DNA of 64,000 nucleotides from Myxococcota bacterium (GTDB lineage Bacteria; Myxococcota_A; Polyangia; Nannocystales; Nannocystaceae): NCBI GenBank assembly GCA_039028615.1, contig JBCCHT010000017.1, positions 128,001 to 192,000 of the forward strand, read 5' to 3'. Shown piece by piece: positions 62,509 to 64,000 of this stretch (position 1 is its first letter; each line of letters starts with the position of its first letter). The notes under the pieces were generated by a model. It saw only the letters and a program-made list of their open reading frames with translations, ran no database searches and was not told where the DNA came from. The position numbers and the translations under genes were made by a program.

Positions 62509-63890
62509 CGACGCGGGGTGACCCGGAGCTGTGCGCCGCCGGTCGGCGACATCACGATCCCCGAGAACATCACCGAGGGCGCGGGTCCGGCCGCGTGGAG
62601 GTCGAAGCGGTGCAGCAGCTCGGCGAGCACGATCCGCATCTCGAAGGTCGCGAATAGAGCACCCAGGCATCGCCGCGCCCCGCCGCCGAAGGGGAACAGC
62701 TCGTTGGAGCCGGCCTTGCGATCGGTGAAGCGCTCCGGTCGGAAGGCGGCGGGGTCGTCCCACAGCTCGGGCCGCCGCTGGGTCAGGTAGACCGAGGCCC
62801 ACACGATGGTCCCCGCGGGCAGGTGCAGGCCGCCCAGCTCCCGATCGCGGGTCAGCGTGCGCGACACGGCCGGGGCGATGGGCACCAGGCGCATCGACTC
62901 CTTGATGACCATGTCGAGATAGCTCAGCTCCTTGGCCCGCGCGGGATCGACGGGGCCGTCGCCGAAGACCTCCTCGAGTTCTTCGTGCACGCGTGCGGTG
63001 ACCTCCGGGTGCCGAGCCAGCAGCGAGAGCGCCCACGCCAGCGAGTTGGCCGTGGTGTCGTGCCCGCCCACGAGCAGGGTGATGAGCTGCGAGAGGATGT
63101 CCTCGTCCTCCATCGGCGCGCCGTCTTCGTAGCGCGCATCGACGAGCATCGACAGCACGTCGTCGCGGCCCTCCGTGCCCTCGCTTCGGCGCTGACGGAT
63201 CTGCGCCTGCAGCATGTCGAGCAGCTCGACCTTCGCCTTCGCCACTTTGCGGAACAACAGCGGGCGAGGTCCGGGCGCCCGCATGTGCTCCACCGCGCGA
63301 TCGAGCATGCGACGGAGCCGATTGGCGTTGACGACCATCCCGGTGGCGAACAGCTGCGGCGAGATCACACCCTCCAGCCACGCCATGGCCCGCCGACGCT
63401 GACGCACCGCCTCCTCTCCCTCGAGCCCGAAGACACAGCGCAAGAACACGTCGAGCGTGACCTGCTGCATGCGGGGGCTGACCGCGAAGTCGCGGTTCAC
63501 GGGCCAGGTGTCGAGCTCCTCCCGGGTCGCCGCGGCCATCGTCTCCGCGTAGGCCCGCAGCCGGGCGCCCCCGAGCACGGGGGTCATCAGCTTGCGCTGC
63601 CGTCGGTGCCGCTCGCCATCCTGGAACAGCACGGAGTGCTCGCCCAGGTTGAGGTGGATGCTCTGGTTGTCCGAGCGATACGCGTCGGGGCGCATCGCGA
63701 AGATCTGCTTGATGCTCGCCGGATCGCTGAACACGACGCGGGGCGGATCGTTGGGCAGGCGCAGGGTGAACGCGTCGCCGTAGCGCGCGGCACAGCGCTC
63801 GAGGAAGCCGATCGGGTCGCGACCGAACTGCACCGCCTGCACGAGCGCGGGGAGCCGGGGGCCGGGCGGAAGGGCAGGCATCGGCGGCAT
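62505..63890 (-). CDS. Cytochrome P450
   Basis: LPPGP, I-helix GGHDTT, ESMR (ExxR), FRPERF, FGGGARRCLG heme ligand. Confidence 0.96.
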   Translation of the reverse strand: MPPMPALPPGPRLPALVQAVQFGRDPIGFLERCAARYGDAFTLRLPNDPPRVVFSDPASIKQIFAMRPDAYRSDNQSIHLNLGEHSVLFQDGERHRRQRKLMTPVLGGARLRAYAETMAAATREELDTWPVNRDFAVSPRMQQVTLDVFLRCVFGLEGEEAVRQRRRAMAWLEGVISPQLFATGMVVNANRLRRMLDRAVEHMRAPGPRPLLFRKVAKAKVELLDMLQAQIRQRRSEGTEGRDDVLSMLVDARYEDGAPMEDEDILSQLITLLVGGHDTTANSLAWALSLLARHPEVTARVHEELEEVFGDGPVDPARAKELSYLDMVIKESMRLVPIAPAVSRTLTRDRELGGLHLPAGTIVWASVYLTQRRPELWDDPAAFRPERFTDRKAGSNELFPFGGGARRCLGALFATFEMRIVLAELLHRFDLHAAGPAPSVMFSGIVMSPTGGAQLRVTPRR

Positions 63891-63926
63891 CGTAGCGAGG
63901 CCGCCGTCCGCCGTCCCGGCTCCTGG

Positions 63927-64000
63927 CTAGGGCGAGAAGAGCTCTTCCCAGTTCGAGCCCGACGACGACGCAAAGGGCGTGGACGTGAGCTGCACCCACC
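63927..64000 (-). CDS. Probable 3' end of a gene continuing beyond the window
   Basis: Minus frame reads ...WVQLTSTPFASSSGSNWEELFSP-stop; too short to assign. Confidence 0.3.
   Translation of the reverse strand, partial: WVQLTSTPFASSSGSNWEELFSP

Noticed and set aside
62505..63890. P450 as part of a biosynthetic cluster, or with an unusual I-helix (GGHDTT)
   Set aside because: Asp-Thr is a normal acid-alcohol pair, and no PKS/NRPS/RiPP genes are visible; upstream context is outside the window.

Overview
High-GC bacterial DNA whose gene content points to a myxobacterium, probably Nannocystaceae-like and possibly marine (inferred from about 13 acidic-stalk or Cys-rich lipoproteins, vWA lipoproteins, a PEGA protein, a TIGR02996 protein, a multidomain Ser/Thr kinase and a Na+-type pyrophosphatase). 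Housekeeping genes are the tRNA-Gln-prs-rplY-pth-hppA operon, pntAB, moaC, a FadE23/FadE24-like acyl-CoA dehydrogenase pair, an RND permease and an M16 peptidase pair. The best candidate for an undescribed system is a five-gene operon at 42211-46973: two T6SS-adaptor-like genes, a transthyretin-like/LysM-like/peptidoglycan-binding carrier, a 608-aa putative flavoenzyme fused to a ComEA-type helix-hairpin-helix domain (only 3 Lys against about 48 Asn, with an MGQC N-terminus), and a TIGR02996/LRR partner. Also notable are a membrane-anchored ECF sigma factor module with a twice-repeated candidate promoter (TCACGAAA-N9-GGTGGA[C/G]ACT), a PEGA protein with about 11 short xVFM motifs, an internally duplicated Zn-binding protein, an HDxxH protein coupled to a NUDIX gene, and a 44-bp G-rich tandem array inside a local compositional anomaly. 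All family assignments come from motif recognition by eye; no database search was run.
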